The position numbers and the translations under genes are program-made. A stretch of DNA of 64,000 nt from a virus, in IMG/VR virus record IMGVR_UViG_3300045988_166693, positions 32,001 to 96,000 of that record, one strand, 5' to 3'. The notes under the pieces were generated by a model. That model saw only the letters and a program-made list of their open reading frames with translations, had not been told where the DNA came from and did no database searches. Positions 53,140 to 62,062 of this stretch are shown one piece after another (within the stretch, counting starts at the first letter, position 1; every line of letters begins with the position of its first letter).

Positions 53140-54015
53140 TCACATCTCGATTTCCTTAACCGGCATCCAGTCGTCAGGATCAGCAAAACTTATCCCGGTG
53201 TTGCCGCTAAACAGCCGGCATGAAGCGTTGGTACACCGGTTGCGGAGTAGGGGAACGGATGGCGCTTCGGCCGAATAAAGCACGTCACCGTCCGCAGACA
53301 GGGCCTCGATGCGGATCGGCGACTGGAACTCTTCGTCCGGGGTAGGGGTGAAGCTGTACATCGAGAAGGAAAGTCCGGTCCGGCCTGTATATTCACTTCC
53401 GGTCTTCCAGGAAAGGGAGTAGGCTGATCCGGAAGATCCGGCTGCGTTTCCCGTCTGAAGGTCCAGCTTCCGGTAGTGGTCGTCGACCGTAAGACGGATG
53501 GAGTCAACGCCTTGCGGCATTGCGTCGCGCAGAGTCACTTTCACCATGGTGACGACCCGCTCCATAGGAACCGTCTGCTGGTCCTGCAGGTTTTCGTCCG
53601 CTTCCAGCGGAAAATCCGTCCAGAAAGTTTCCGTCACCTTTGACGGATAAAAAGTCCGGTCTTCCGACTGCTGAAGGCTGGTGCTGCTGTGGGCGAGGAA
53701 ATAAAGATGGTGCGATCCGTATTTGAGCGTCATGCTGATGGGAGAGGGGAGTGTCAGTGTGTCCGACTGCAGGCAGTCGCCGCCCAGATAGTCCCAGTAG
53801 GAGAGGGTAGTGGCCAGATCGGACAGCGACTCGGCGCGCGACGGCTGCCAGGAAGCAATGTCTCCCTGTGAAATTTCCATGAACGAAGGCACAAAAGATA
53901 CCCTGCACGTCTGATCACTCATTTCGGGATCGTCCGGTTCGCCAACAATGTTTTCCTGACTGCATGCTGCCAGAAGTAGTGCGGCCGCCATGCAAATGCT
54001 TTTTGATAAATCCAT
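53140..54015 (-). CDS. lipoprotein of unknown function (291 aa)
   Basis: MDLSKSICMAAALLLAACSQEN is a signal peptide plus lipobox, from ATG 54015. The longer track ORF (ATG 54153) would translate the inverted iterons. Confidence 0.6.
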   Translation of the reverse strand: MDLSKSICMAAALLLAACSQENIVGEPDDPEMSDQTCRVSFVPSFMEISQGDIASWQPSRAESLSDLATTLSYWDYLGGDCLQSDTLTLPSPISMTLKYGSHHLYFLAHSSTSLQQSEDRTFYPSKVTETFWTDFPLEADENLQDQQTVPMERVVTMVKVTLRDAMPQGVDSIRLTVDDHYRKLDLQTGNAAGSSGSAYSLSWKTGSEYTGRTGLSFSMYSFTPTPDEEFQSPIRIEALSADGDVLYSAEAPSVPLLRNRCTNASCRLFSGNTGISFADPDDWMPVKEIEM

Positions 54016-54094
54016 ACTGCTAAGTTTAAAAGTTCTGTCAATAGAACGCGGAAAGTGAATTTTGTCTCCCTTTTCAGGAAATATTTTTAGAGGA

Positions 54095-54200
54095 GTTCGG
54101 AATCTTTGCACCTTCGTATAGTTCGGAATCTTTGCACCTTTTGACGAAAACATTGAACGATATGACGGAAACTTTACCCGTTAACACGGAATCTTTGCAC
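54095..54200. repeat. inverted-orientation iteron copies
   Basis: GTTCGGAATCTTTGCACCTT occurs twice (54095, 54121). GACGGAAACTTTACCC (54164) is the reverse complement of the direct iteron core. CACGGAATCTTTGCAC is at 54185. Confidence 0.65.
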
Positions 54201-54406
54201 AAAGTTGTTTATAAAATGCTTATATTCAATCGGTTGCTCATTCTATATAATCATCTATATAATATACTGTAAAGAAACGATAGTTTCTTAAATAAAGGGC
54301 AAAAAGAAGAAATACGTCGGTCTGCTTTTATAAAGAATATAATGATATAAGATATATAGGCAAGAGTAATGTTTTATAAAACAGATACTTACATTAATAA
54401 AGGTGA

Positions 54407-54534
54407 AAAGTTTCCGTCAGATTGGGTAAAGTTTCCGTCAATCGGGGAAAACTTTCCGTGTATTGGGGTAAAGTTTCCGTCAATCGGGGGAAACTTTCCG
54501 AACATAAAAGAGAAAAGGTGCAAAGTTTCCGAAC
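54407..54534 (+). repeat. five tandem 21-bp iterons plus one outlier upstream of rep
   Basis: AAAGTTTCCGTCA or AAACTTTCCGnnn start at 54407, 54428, 54449, 54470 and 54491 (exact 21-bp period), and again at 54522. An AT-rich stretch (54200..54400) lies between the inverted and direct sets. Confidence 0.75.
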
Positions 54535-54630
54535 TATTTTGCTTTGTGATTTTCCTATAATGGAAAATATTAGCGTTTTATTTTCCGTTTTTGGAAAATA
54601 TATCTATATTTGTGCCAAATAACCAGACCT

Positions 54631-54885
54631 ATGAAGATTTACTTAGAAGAAAGATTAAAAGAGTCAGGTATAAGCAAGGATGAACTGGCAAAGAGACTGG
54701 GGATTTCCAATTCAAGTCTGACAAAGAAATTAAACGGTCCGTCACGGACTAACCTGCAATTCCTTGAAAGCGTGGCCGATGCGTTGGGGATATCTGTCTT
54801 TTCGCTGATTGAGGATGAAAAATGCGTGAAGGTAGGTACATTCCAGGCTGACGGAAACACTTACGAAATACGGAAAATAAACTGA
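54631..54885 (+). CDS. XRE-family HTH regulator (84 aa)
   Basis: ISKDELAKRLGISNSSLTKKLNG...LQFLESVADALGISVFSLI. The track start 54610 is TTG; ATG is at 54631. Confidence 0.7.
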   Translation: MKIYLEERLKESGISKDELAKRLGISNSSLTKKLNGPSRTNLQFLESVADALGISVFSLIEDEKCVKVGTFQADGNTYEIRKIN

Positions 54886-54891
54886 TAGCCT

Positions 54892-56355
54892 ATGCGACGA
54901 AAGAAAAGTACACCTGAGTCGAGCAATTCACTGATAAAGGAACTCAGCTCTGTTGAGTTTATCAAACAGCCATACCTGTATGCGATGGTGGGTGCCGATT
55001 TCTCGCTTTACCAGCGAAGCATTATGATTGAAATCGTGAAGTCGATGCAGGATCGGATCAATGAATTTCTGAAGAACAAGCGGGCCGACGGGCAAATGTC
55101 TCTTTTCCCAAAAGATCTGAGCGACGACCAGATTGTTACGTTCAGAATCAGCGCTTCCTCCATTGGAGTCAGTCCACGTGATTATGTTTATCTGGACGAA
55201 GCCTGTAAAAATCTGATGGAAATGAATATTTCCTATTACGATTATGACCAGATGGGGAGAAAAATGCGTACATACGCTCACTTGTTTTCAACGATTAAAA
55301 TGCCCGTGACTCCGGTTTCCGGATCGAAAGAGAAGGAAAAACGGATGAACTATGTGGAAGCCCGTATGGATGCAAAAATCCTGAAATACCTTTGCGACCT
55401 CGGGAATGGGAAAGGATATCTGGATCATATCTATCGGATTGCACGTATCTGCAAGCGTAAACGTACACCGAGTATCTACATCTATCTTTCCCGCTGGAAA
55501 GACTTTCCGAAGAAAACGGTGGAATATGTCGAACTGAAGAAGTTTCTGGGTGTGATCACCCTGGAAGAAGAAAAGGTGAACGGGAAAATGGTCAAGACAG
55601 AAAAAGACAAATATCCGAAGTTCAGTAAATTCTGCAAGGAAGTGATGGACCCGATACGGGAGGATCTTGACCGGATGGCCAGCGAAAATCTGGTAGACTT
55701 TACCTTTGATTATGAACCTGTGTACAAAGGTGCAACCAAACGGGGTAACCCGGATGAAATACTTTTCAACATCAAGCTGAGCGAGCTGGGGGAGGAGATG
55801 TCGCGGAAACGAAGGCAGCAAAAGCTACCTGCCGACATCTGGGATCTGCTGCGGTCGGAATACAAGCTGACGGAAACCGATGTGCGTATGCTCACCGACA
55901 TGCTTCCTGATGAACTTATGAATGAGTTCCGGTCCGAAGTGTTGGCCCTGCGTGACCGAATGAACCGGTATAAGGTAAACAATCCGAAAAGCTATGTGGT
56001 AACATCACTCAAGAATTTTATTATCCAGCATACACCGGAAGCGAAAGAAGCCAAAGAGGATGAAAGGGTAGGGGAGAAGAAGGAGACACCTCATACCAAA
56101 CCCATCAGCGAAGAAGACAAGAACAGATGGCAGGCATTTATGGAACTGCTTCAGGGAAGCGTTTCGGTCAATGAGTTTAAGACATGGTTGTCGTCGCTTG
56201 AATTTGTGTCTCTCAAAGGGGATGAAGTCACGGTTTCTGTCCCGGCGGCTTATGTAGCCACCTATATTGACGAAAAGCTGAATATCCCGTTTATACAGGC
56301 TCTCAATGCCGTGTATGGTGAAAACGTGAAACTTCTTTATGAAGTAAGAAAATGA
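54892..56355 (+). CDS. plasmid-type replication initiator with DnaA-N-like C-terminal domain
   Basis: Lies directly downstream of the iterons. The C-terminus NRWQAFMELLQGSVSVNEFKTWLSSLEFVSLKGDEVTVSVPAAYVATYIDEKLNIPFIQALNAVYG resembles the DnaA N-terminal domain pattern. The Rep call rests on context plus this domain. Confidence 0.55.
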   Translation: MRRKKSTPESSNSLIKELSSVEFIKQPYLYAMVGADFSLYQRSIMIEIVKSMQDRINEFLKNKRADGQMSLFPKDLSDDQIVTFRISASSIGVSPRDYVYLDEACKNLMEMNISYYDYDQMGRKMRTYAHLFSTIKMPVTPVSGSKEKEKRMNYVEARMDAKILKYLCDLGNGKGYLDHIYRIARICKRKRTPSIYIYLSRWKDFPKKTVEYVELKKFLGVITLEEEKVNGKMVKTEKDKYPKFSKFCKEVMDPIREDLDRMASENLVDFTFDYEPVYKGATKRGNPDEILFNIKLSELGEEMSRKRRQQKLPADIWDLLRSEYKLTETDVRMLTDMLPDELMNEFRSEVLALRDRMNRYKVNNPKSYVVTSLKNFIIQHTPEAKEAKEDERVGEKKETPHTKPISEEDKNRWQAFMELLQGSVSVNEFKTWLSSLEFVSLKGDEVTVSVPAAYVATYIDEKLNIPFIQALNAVYGENVKLLYEVRK

Positions 56356-56396
56356 AGAAGAAATCCCGGAACGGAAGCGCCGTCCCGGGATTTATT

Positions 56397-56900
56397 TCAT
56401 TCCACATAGTCCTGCGGATCTATACAGAGATTTACCTGCTGTACATCGGTCAGTTCGACGAAGACCGCATACCAGTTGTTCAGGAAAGGTCCGTAGGTTG
56501 AATAGTGAAGCTCCTCCGTTTCAAGGTTTATGTTCCGGAAAATCTTTCGTTTCTCCTGCTGATCGCGAAGCCAGGCCAGGAACTTATGCATGTGCATCTT
56601 TGCTTCCTGAATAGCTTCGTATGACTGCTGCTTGTCCGTCGGCTTCATATTATTCGTTTTAACGAGGAAATAAACCACGTGTACAGGTTTATCCAGACCG
56701 CCTCTGATCGTCCCGTCCTGGGCAAATTCGTAGCCCACACAAGGCGATTTCACATCGGGCAGCTTGCTCATGAACGAGGGAATAGCTACAATGTTGTCGA
56801 AAAGGAAAAACCGTTTGTTCTTTCCGGTTTCTCCGGGCGTATGAAGCATGGGCTTGTACTTCGTGGCCCATTCTTCGATGATTTCTTTTAATTCTGTCAT
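56397..56900 (-). CDS. hypothetical virion/assembly protein (167 aa)
   Basis: ATG ORF with GC content like the structural genes. Confidence 0.45.
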   Translation of the reverse strand: MTELKEIIEEWATKYKPMLHTPGETGKNKRFFLFDNIVAIPSFMSKLPDVKSPCVGYEFAQDGTIRGGLDKPVHVVYFLVKTNNMKPTDKQQSYEAIQEAKMHMHKFLAWLRDQQEKRKIFRNINLETEELHYSTYGPFLNNWYAVFVELTDVQQVNLCIDPQDYVE

Positions 56901-57000
56901 GGGGTTCTTTTTAGTTTGATTAATGTAAATCTCTTTATACCAGGTGCCACATCTTCAAAAAACATGGAGTAGGGGCGTGCATACACTTTGTTTACCCATA

Positions 57001-57537
57001 TCATTTCATCCGGAATTTATAATCACTTCGTTTAAACTCGTCCTGGAAAGAAACCAGTACGCCGTTTTCGATGAAGTCCTGATAATAGGACGACACGAGC
57101 ACTTCCAGTCGCCGGAGCTGGTGACGCACCTCCATGGCGATGACGGGTCGTGACTGGCGGTCGCCTTCTTCCTTCCATATCTGATAAAGCTGGTTGAAAC
57201 GGGCATCCTTGCTGCGTTCCACATCTTCGATGGGCTGTCCGGCACCGACACCCATATCCACGAAATACAGGTAATAGTTGAAGAAGAAGGAAATCTTTTT
57301 TGTGTCACCTCCGGCCCCGTTGAACACCTTGGCATACATGCGCCGGTAAGCCTGCCCGGTACTCCGTTTGGCTGCCGGTGTATTGCGGTACCCGATGTAC
57401 GGACCGGGGAATCCCCCCGGCCATACATGCTGTGTCTCGAAGTTGGTCTGAAGCTGCCGGATCATATTATTTGCCCAGCGTGTCAGGTCAAGAAACTCCT
57501 CTTTTACCGCCTGACTGATGGTTTTCTGTTCTGACAT
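57001..57537 (-). CDS. hypothetical virion/assembly protein (178 aa)
   Basis: ATG ORF. The overlapping ORF 57006..57428 is rejected as a shadow. Confidence 0.45.
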   Translation of the reverse strand: MSEQKTISQAVKEEFLDLTRWANNMIRQLQTNFETQHVWPGGFPGPYIGYRNTPAAKRSTGQAYRRMYAKVFNGAGGDTKKISFFFNYYLYFVDMGVGAGQPIEDVERSKDARFNQLYQIWKEEGDRQSRPVIAMEVRHQLRRLEVLVSSYYQDFIENGVLVSFQDEFKRSDYKFRMK

Positions 57538-57679
57538 GGCTTATACATAGTTTAATGGATTTTCAAAAATATCTTTTATCATTTTCTGTTTGCATCCTTT
57601 GAACCATTTGAAAGGTTTTTTGCAGTAACTGATACCAATGGTTCCGGTTGTAGGACTCCTTTTTCATACATTTATACTT

Positions 57680-58189
57680 TTATGTAAAAGTTGTTTTTCT
57701 TTTAAACCAATAGGCTTTCCCTGCCTGATTCCCTTTTTGGAAACTTCCAGGATAACCTTTTTCCTTACTGACTGCATGGCCTATCAATAAACTTTCAAGA
57801 GATTGCTTCCTGGTGTATTCCTTGTCCTTTTTCAGTCCCAGTTCTTTTGCCTTCACTCTTAATTCCCATGCGGAGATGCCCATTATTTCTGTGATTTCCT
57901 TATTGGGAGTATTGGGAAAATATGTCTTCAGAGCCTGGATCATTGCCGGACTCCAGAACAGTTTCACATTGAATTTTGTACGTTCAACGATCCGTCCGGT
58001 TTCTTTATTGAGAAAAACTCCGGTTTCCCTGGGGTGTTTCTTCCGGTAGCGTTCTCTTTCCTGATCTCTGGCGCATTCTTTGCAGATAGACATCGGCTTG
58101 CCATGACGCATTTTGAAATCTTTCAGTAAAAATGTCCTGCCACATTTACTACATCGTTTTGTATTCTCTTTTTCGTGCTGTATTTCCAT
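57680..58189 (-). CDS. zinc-ribbon plus HTH protein (169 aa)
   Basis: CSKCGRTF...CKECA is followed by NKEITEIMGISAWELRVKAKELGL. AT-rich. Confidence 0.5.
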   Translation of the reverse strand: MEIQHEKENTKRCSKCGRTFLLKDFKMRHGKPMSICKECARDQERERYRKKHPRETGVFLNKETGRIVERTKFNVKLFWSPAMIQALKTYFPNTPNKEITEIMGISAWELRVKAKELGLKKDKEYTRKQSLESLLIGHAVSKEKGYPGSFQKGNQAGKAYWFKRKTTFT

Positions 58190-58190
58190 A

Positions 58191-58829
58191 CTACAATGAA
58201 TAAGCTATCTTAGACATATTATCGTTTACTCTTTTATCAATTTCTTCATAAACTGAAAGATACATGTATTTCTTCCCATTATACTTATTCATTCTTCTGA
58301 TGGAAGAATATAGCCCGTCAACATTTAAGTTCATTTTTCTTGCACATTCGGCCGCAGATAAAAAGACCTCTTTCGTTTCCAGGCAAATTACTTTTTTACC
58401 TAAAGGCTTTGAGGACTTTATATGAGGGCCAAAGTTGCTGTCAGGATCATTGATAAGACGTAAACATTTCTCCCTTGATAATTTCCTTTGTTTTTCCTGT
58501 CTTTCTTTAGACCAGTTATTAAAGCCTTTGCTCGCCTTATTCCCTTTGGCAAAACGTCCTGTATTTATGTCAATGTTAGGATTTCTTGTAAATTTCAGAT
58601 CATCCAGCCGCTGTTCTTCATATATTTTTCTGAAATCCTTTTCATAGTAAAACCTGAGACCTCTACATATAGCGCCACGTAAGCAGCTGTCAGTTATGGA
58701 ATTTCTATCTACTTTACTGATGCTGGCGGCCAGTTTTATAGATCCAAAAAATCCGGCAACGGTTCCATTTGGATTTACCGCAACTACCGGGCGATTGCTT
58801 CCGACTTTATATTGAGTATTTGTAAGCAT
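58191..58829 (-). CDS. homing-endonuclease-type DNA-binding protein lacking a nuclease domain
   Basis: Two IENR1/NUMOD1-like modules: VVAVNPNGTVAGFFGSIKLAASISKVDRNSI...GLRFYY and KKVICLETKEVFLSAAECARKMNL...SSIRR. No GIY-YIG or HNH motif seen. Confidence 0.5.
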   Translation of the reverse strand: MLTNTQYKVGSNRPVVAVNPNGTVAGFFGSIKLAASISKVDRNSITDSCLRGAICRGLRFYYEKDFRKIYEEQRLDDLKFTRNPNIDINTGRFAKGNKASKGFNNWSKERQEKQRKLSREKCLRLINDPDSNFGPHIKSSKPLGKKVICLETKEVFLSAAECARKMNLNVDGLYSSIRRMNKYNGKKYMYLSVYEEIDKRVNDNMSKIAYSL

Positions 58830-58925
58830 CCGATTTCCTCATCTTTATTAAACATTTTATCCATAATATCTTTGTCCTTCACAAAAGTATAGGAAATAAT
58901 TAAATATTGGAAGGATAAAAAATTT

Positions 58926-59387
58926 ATGGCATTATCACACTCAGAAGCTCAGGTTCTTTATGCACGATATTTGAAGAGTGGAATGACACTTGAAAAGTTT
59001 TGCAAACTTCACCAAGTTCCTTATTGGGATTTTTCTGACTGGATTAACCAATGGGAAAAATTATATGGAGCAAAGTACGTTGAGAATTCTACGACAATCC
59101 AGTATAAGCAAGAAAGGAAACTTTTTTCAAGTGAAAATCCGTCTTTTTCTTCAAATGCTCAAAAAATATTTCCAATAGAATTTGTAGAAAACAACTCACC
59201 TCTACATTTCCCTAATGAACATCCTAGTTTCAATGTTGACCTGGAACTCCCTAAACCTGGAACTATTATAAAAGGTGCCAAACTTACTTTCCCAAGTGGT
59301 ATGACTGTTAATATACCGCGCATTACAATCAAAGGATTAGTATTAATAGCGATTATGTATGAAGGAAACTGTACTGGGATTGAATAA
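58926..59387 (+). CDS. IS66-family accessory protein (orf1)
   Basis: First ORF of the IS66-type trio, with an N-terminal HTH-like segment. Confidence 0.55.
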   Translation: MALSHSEAQVLYARYLKSGMTLEKFCKLHQVPYWDFSDWINQWEKLYGAKYVENSTTIQYKQERKLFSSENPSFSSNAQKIFPIEFVENNSPLHFPNEHPSFNVDLELPKPGTIIKGAKLTFPSGMTVNIPRITIKGLVLIAIMYEGNCTGIE

Positions 59388-59679
59388 AGATATGAAATTC
59401 TATTTCTGTCCAGAATATGTAAACATGCAGAAGGGCATAGACAGTCTTTGTGGATTTATACGAAGTAATCTAATGCGTGATCCGTTTTCTAATGAGGTAT
59501 TTATATTTATGGGAAGAAATAAGAAGCAGATAAAGATATTAAGATGGGATGAAGATAAGTTTATACTTTATACAGTTAAGCTATATAATAAAAAAAGATT
59601 TACCCCTTATTATAATCCTAGAAAAAACAATTATTATTTAGAATGGAAACAAATTTGTAGCCTTTTATTTTCCATATAA
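59359..59679 (+). CDS. IS66 Orf2-like protein (TnpB of IS66)
   Basis: MKFYFCPEYVNMQKGIDSLCGFIRSNL...VFIFMGRNKKQIKILRWDEDKF resembles the IS66 Orf2 pattern (DMRKGIDGL ... IFxNRxRxxxKxLxWD). The start is either 59359 or 59392. Confidence 0.65.
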   Translation: MKETVLGLNKDMKFYFCPEYVNMQKGIDSLCGFIRSNLMRDPFSNEVFIFMGRNKKQIKILRWDEDKFILYTVKLYNKKRFTPYYNPRKNNYYLEWKQICSLLFSI

Positions 59680-59789
59680 GGCAATTTTTTGATTAAAAAT
59701 TTCCTTATATGGAAATTTTTGGGTGTTTTAGTATGTATGTCAAATTTGTCTCATTTTGTGCATTAATATATAAAGTCTATTTTTAGTGC

Positions 59790-61346
59790 ATGAAAAGAAA
59801 CCATTTAAACGATTTCCTTGTAGAACAAATAAAAAATAAAGACTCTCAAATTGAAGGTCTCAATCAACTTATTTCCAGCCTTATCGAAAAAATCGAATCA
59901 CTGGAAAAGAATATCTGTTCGTATGAAAATCTTGTGAAAGAACTTCGTGATACTATAAATCTACTCAATAAGAGATTATATGGGTCAAAAAGCGAAAAAT
60001 CTCACTCAGAGAACTCAGAAAGGAAGTATAATGGTGAAAAACTAAGTTCCAAGGGAACTTATCCTAAAGAAAAGATTGAAGAAAAACCGGATAAAAAGTC
60101 GAATCCTCGTAAAGCGTATAAACGTCCAGAAAGACGTACATACGACGATATAGAAGAGAAAATAGAAATACTTGAACCGGATGCTGAAGAATTGATAGGA
60201 GCAAAATTTGTTCGCTCTGAAAAATCATTCCGCTTATATATGATTCCGGCGAAAATTGTAAAAGTAATCTATGACAGAAGGATTTATGCAAAAGACGGAC
60301 ATTTAATTATGCCTAAACTTCCTTATACTCCAGAAGAATTTTACAGAAGGCACGCAGATCCGTCATTGATGGCTGGTATCCTTACTAATAAATTTCTATA
60401 TCATTTACCTATACATCGCCAGTTAAATATGTTTGTAAATGCCGGAGCTAAAATCGCGCGTTCAACTTTATATGACTGGTGTGGTACAGCTATTGATGCT
60501 CTTGAAGGACTTTATTATTCCATCATGTCAGAGGTGCTAAAAGGTAACTATTTGAATATAGACGAAACGACAATCTCTGTAATTGATGAAGATGTCCATC
60601 ATGCAAAGAAAGAATATATGTGGGGGCTTGTTAACACCAGAAGTAAATTGACTTTCTTTGCTTATGAAGATGGCTCTAGAAGCAGGAATGTAATCAGTAA
60701 CATATTAGAAAGCTATATAGGTACAATTCAAACAGATGGATATTCGGCGTATAAGTCTATAGGAGAAAACGAAAATAATAAAATTCAAAGGTTATCTTGT
60801 CTTAGTCATATAAGAAGAAAGTTTTTGGAAAGTAGAGATAACGACAGAGAAAATTCAGAAAAGGCACTTGGAATTATAGATAAAATATATAGGCTTGAAA
60901 GATTTTTCAGAAAACAAAAATTTCATCCTGATAAAATAAGAGAGTATAGAATTAGGTATGTAGTGCCGATATTTCATAAATTCAAGAATTGGCTTGAAAA
61001 AAGTATATCCAATCCTAAGATTCTCGATGAAACTTTAATCGGGAAGGCCATATCGTATGCCTATCGTGAATTTAAGGCTCTTACGTTAATTTTTGATGAT
61101 GGATTCTTTAAAGCTGATAACAATGCAGCAGAAAGAGCTATGCGACCATGCAAACTCGGAATGAATAATTATCTTTTCTTCGGAAATCACGAGAGCGCAA
61201 GGAGAGGAGCTATTATTTACACTATCATTGAAAGTTGTAAATTAAATGGCATAAATGTGTTCGAATATCTTACAGATGTTTTTAGCAGAGAACCCCAACC
61301 AGGAGAAACGTACGATATGTTTCTCCCGAACAGGTGGAATCAATAA
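59790..61346 (+). CDS. IS66-family DDE transposase
   Basis: 518 aa with an N-terminal coiled coil. NIDETTISV, QTDGYSAYK and NNAAERAMRP fit the IS66 transposase conserved blocks. Confidence 0.75.
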   Translation: MKRNHLNDFLVEQIKNKDSQIEGLNQLISSLIEKIESLEKNICSYENLVKELRDTINLLNKRLYGSKSEKSHSENSERKYNGEKLSSKGTYPKEKIEEKPDKKSNPRKAYKRPERRTYDDIEEKIEILEPDAEELIGAKFVRSEKSFRLYMIPAKIVKVIYDRRIYAKDGHLIMPKLPYTPEEFYRRHADPSLMAGILTNKFLYHLPIHRQLNMFVNAGAKIARSTLYDWCGTAIDALEGLYYSIMSEVLKGNYLNIDETTISVIDEDVHHAKKEYMWGLVNTRSKLTFFAYEDGSRSRNVISNILESYIGTIQTDGYSAYKSIGENENNKIQRLSCLSHIRRKFLESRDNDRENSEKALGIIDKIYRLERFFRKQKFHPDKIREYRIRYVVPIFHKFKNWLEKSISNPKILDETLIGKAISYAYREFKALTLIFDDGFFKADNNAAERAMRPCKLGMNNYLFFGNHESARRGAIIYTIIESCKLNGINVFEYLTDVFSREPQPGETYDMFLPNRWNQ

Positions 61347-61351
61347 TTTTT

Positions 61352-61386
61352 GTCCTTCAATGATTTCTATATTCTTTTTACCTTTG
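61352..61386 (+). promoter_or_regulatory. GTCCTTCA-N19-TACCTTTG element on the plus strand (copy G)
   Basis: Same 8-mer, same 19-nt spacer and a consensus -7 box. It points into the 3' end of the minus-strand gene 61447..61974. Confidence 0.45.
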
Positions 61387-61446
61387 AATTATTCTTAATT
61401 ATAAGTTATATGAAAAAAGGTAATATGATAGATATAAAAGAGTTCT

Positions 61447-61974
61447 TCACTCTTCTTTTAATAAGCGTTTTACTAGGTTCTTTGCTGGGTCAGATAGTAA
61501 AACTCCTAATATAAATGCTCCTATAAAACAAAAAATATATTTGATTTTGTTATTCCCAGATGTAATATTTATAAAGAAAGAAATAACACCAACGACAGAA
61601 GCTATAGTAGCCGCAGTAGTGCTTCTTATCTTTAGTTTTGCAATTCTTTTATCGTCAATAACTTTCTGTCGCAAATCTTCAATATATCCTTTTATGCCAT
61701 CAGTACTGCATGCAACCTCAATACCTTTATGGGTTAACGTTATATTATTACCTATTCTTTCAATCAATTGATACCTCTTAATTAATATTGTATCTAAAAT
61801 AGTATATGACATCTTGCGACTATACTGTTCTTTGTATATCTTTTCTAGATAATCATCTAAGGTTGATTCTCGAACATAATCGTCATTACGATGTATATAA
61901 CTTAAAGCATCATTACATATTTTTATTTTAAGGTCATCTAATAACATGTAAATAAAAATAGTTCGCATCTTCAT
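61447..61974 (-). CDS. membrane-anchored protein (175 aa) with soluble N-terminal domain
   Basis: ATG ORF with two C-terminal hydrophobic helices (TAATIASVVGVISFFINI, IFCFIGAFILGVLL). AT-rich. Confidence 0.55.
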   Translation of the reverse strand: MKMRTIFIYMLLDDLKIKICNDALSYIHRNDDYVRESTLDDYLEKIYKEQYSRKMSYTILDTILIKRYQLIERIGNNITLTHKGIEVACSTDGIKGYIEDLRQKVIDDKRIAKLKIRSTTAATIASVVGVISFFINITSGNNKIKYIFCFIGAFILGVLLSDPAKNLVKRLLKEE

Positions 61975-62039
61975 ATCGTGCGCCCACAGAGAACCACTCT
62001 GAATCCGACTTTACGGATTACACGATATGAAGATGCGAA
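61962..62039 (-). promoter_or_regulatory. 19-bp perfect inverted repeat in the 5' leader, occluding the start codon
   Basis: ttcgcatcttcatatcgtg (61962..61980, contains ATG 61974..61972) pairs with cacgatatgaagatgcgaa (62021..62039). The 40-nt spacer holds a 6-bp inner hairpin, aatccg/cggatt. Confidence 0.6.
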
Positions 62040-62062
62040 ATGTAGGTTCATAATGGGCAATA

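Larger units (their letters stand above)
58882..61351 (+). mobile_element. IS66-family insertion sequence (three ORFs)
   Basis: orf1 / IS66-Orf2-like / DDE transposase trio. Flanked by the direct repeat TTTGTCCTTCA (58871..58881 and 61349..61359). The ends are inferred from that repeat. No convincing terminal inverted repeats seen. Confidence 0.6.

Noticed and set aside
54016-54622. The 5' extension of the lipoprotein ORF (to 54153), and ORFs 54369..54560 and 54422..54622
   Set aside because: Their translations are periodic (KFPSIG..., VSVNRGK...) because they read through iterons. These are DNA-level repeats, not coding sequence.
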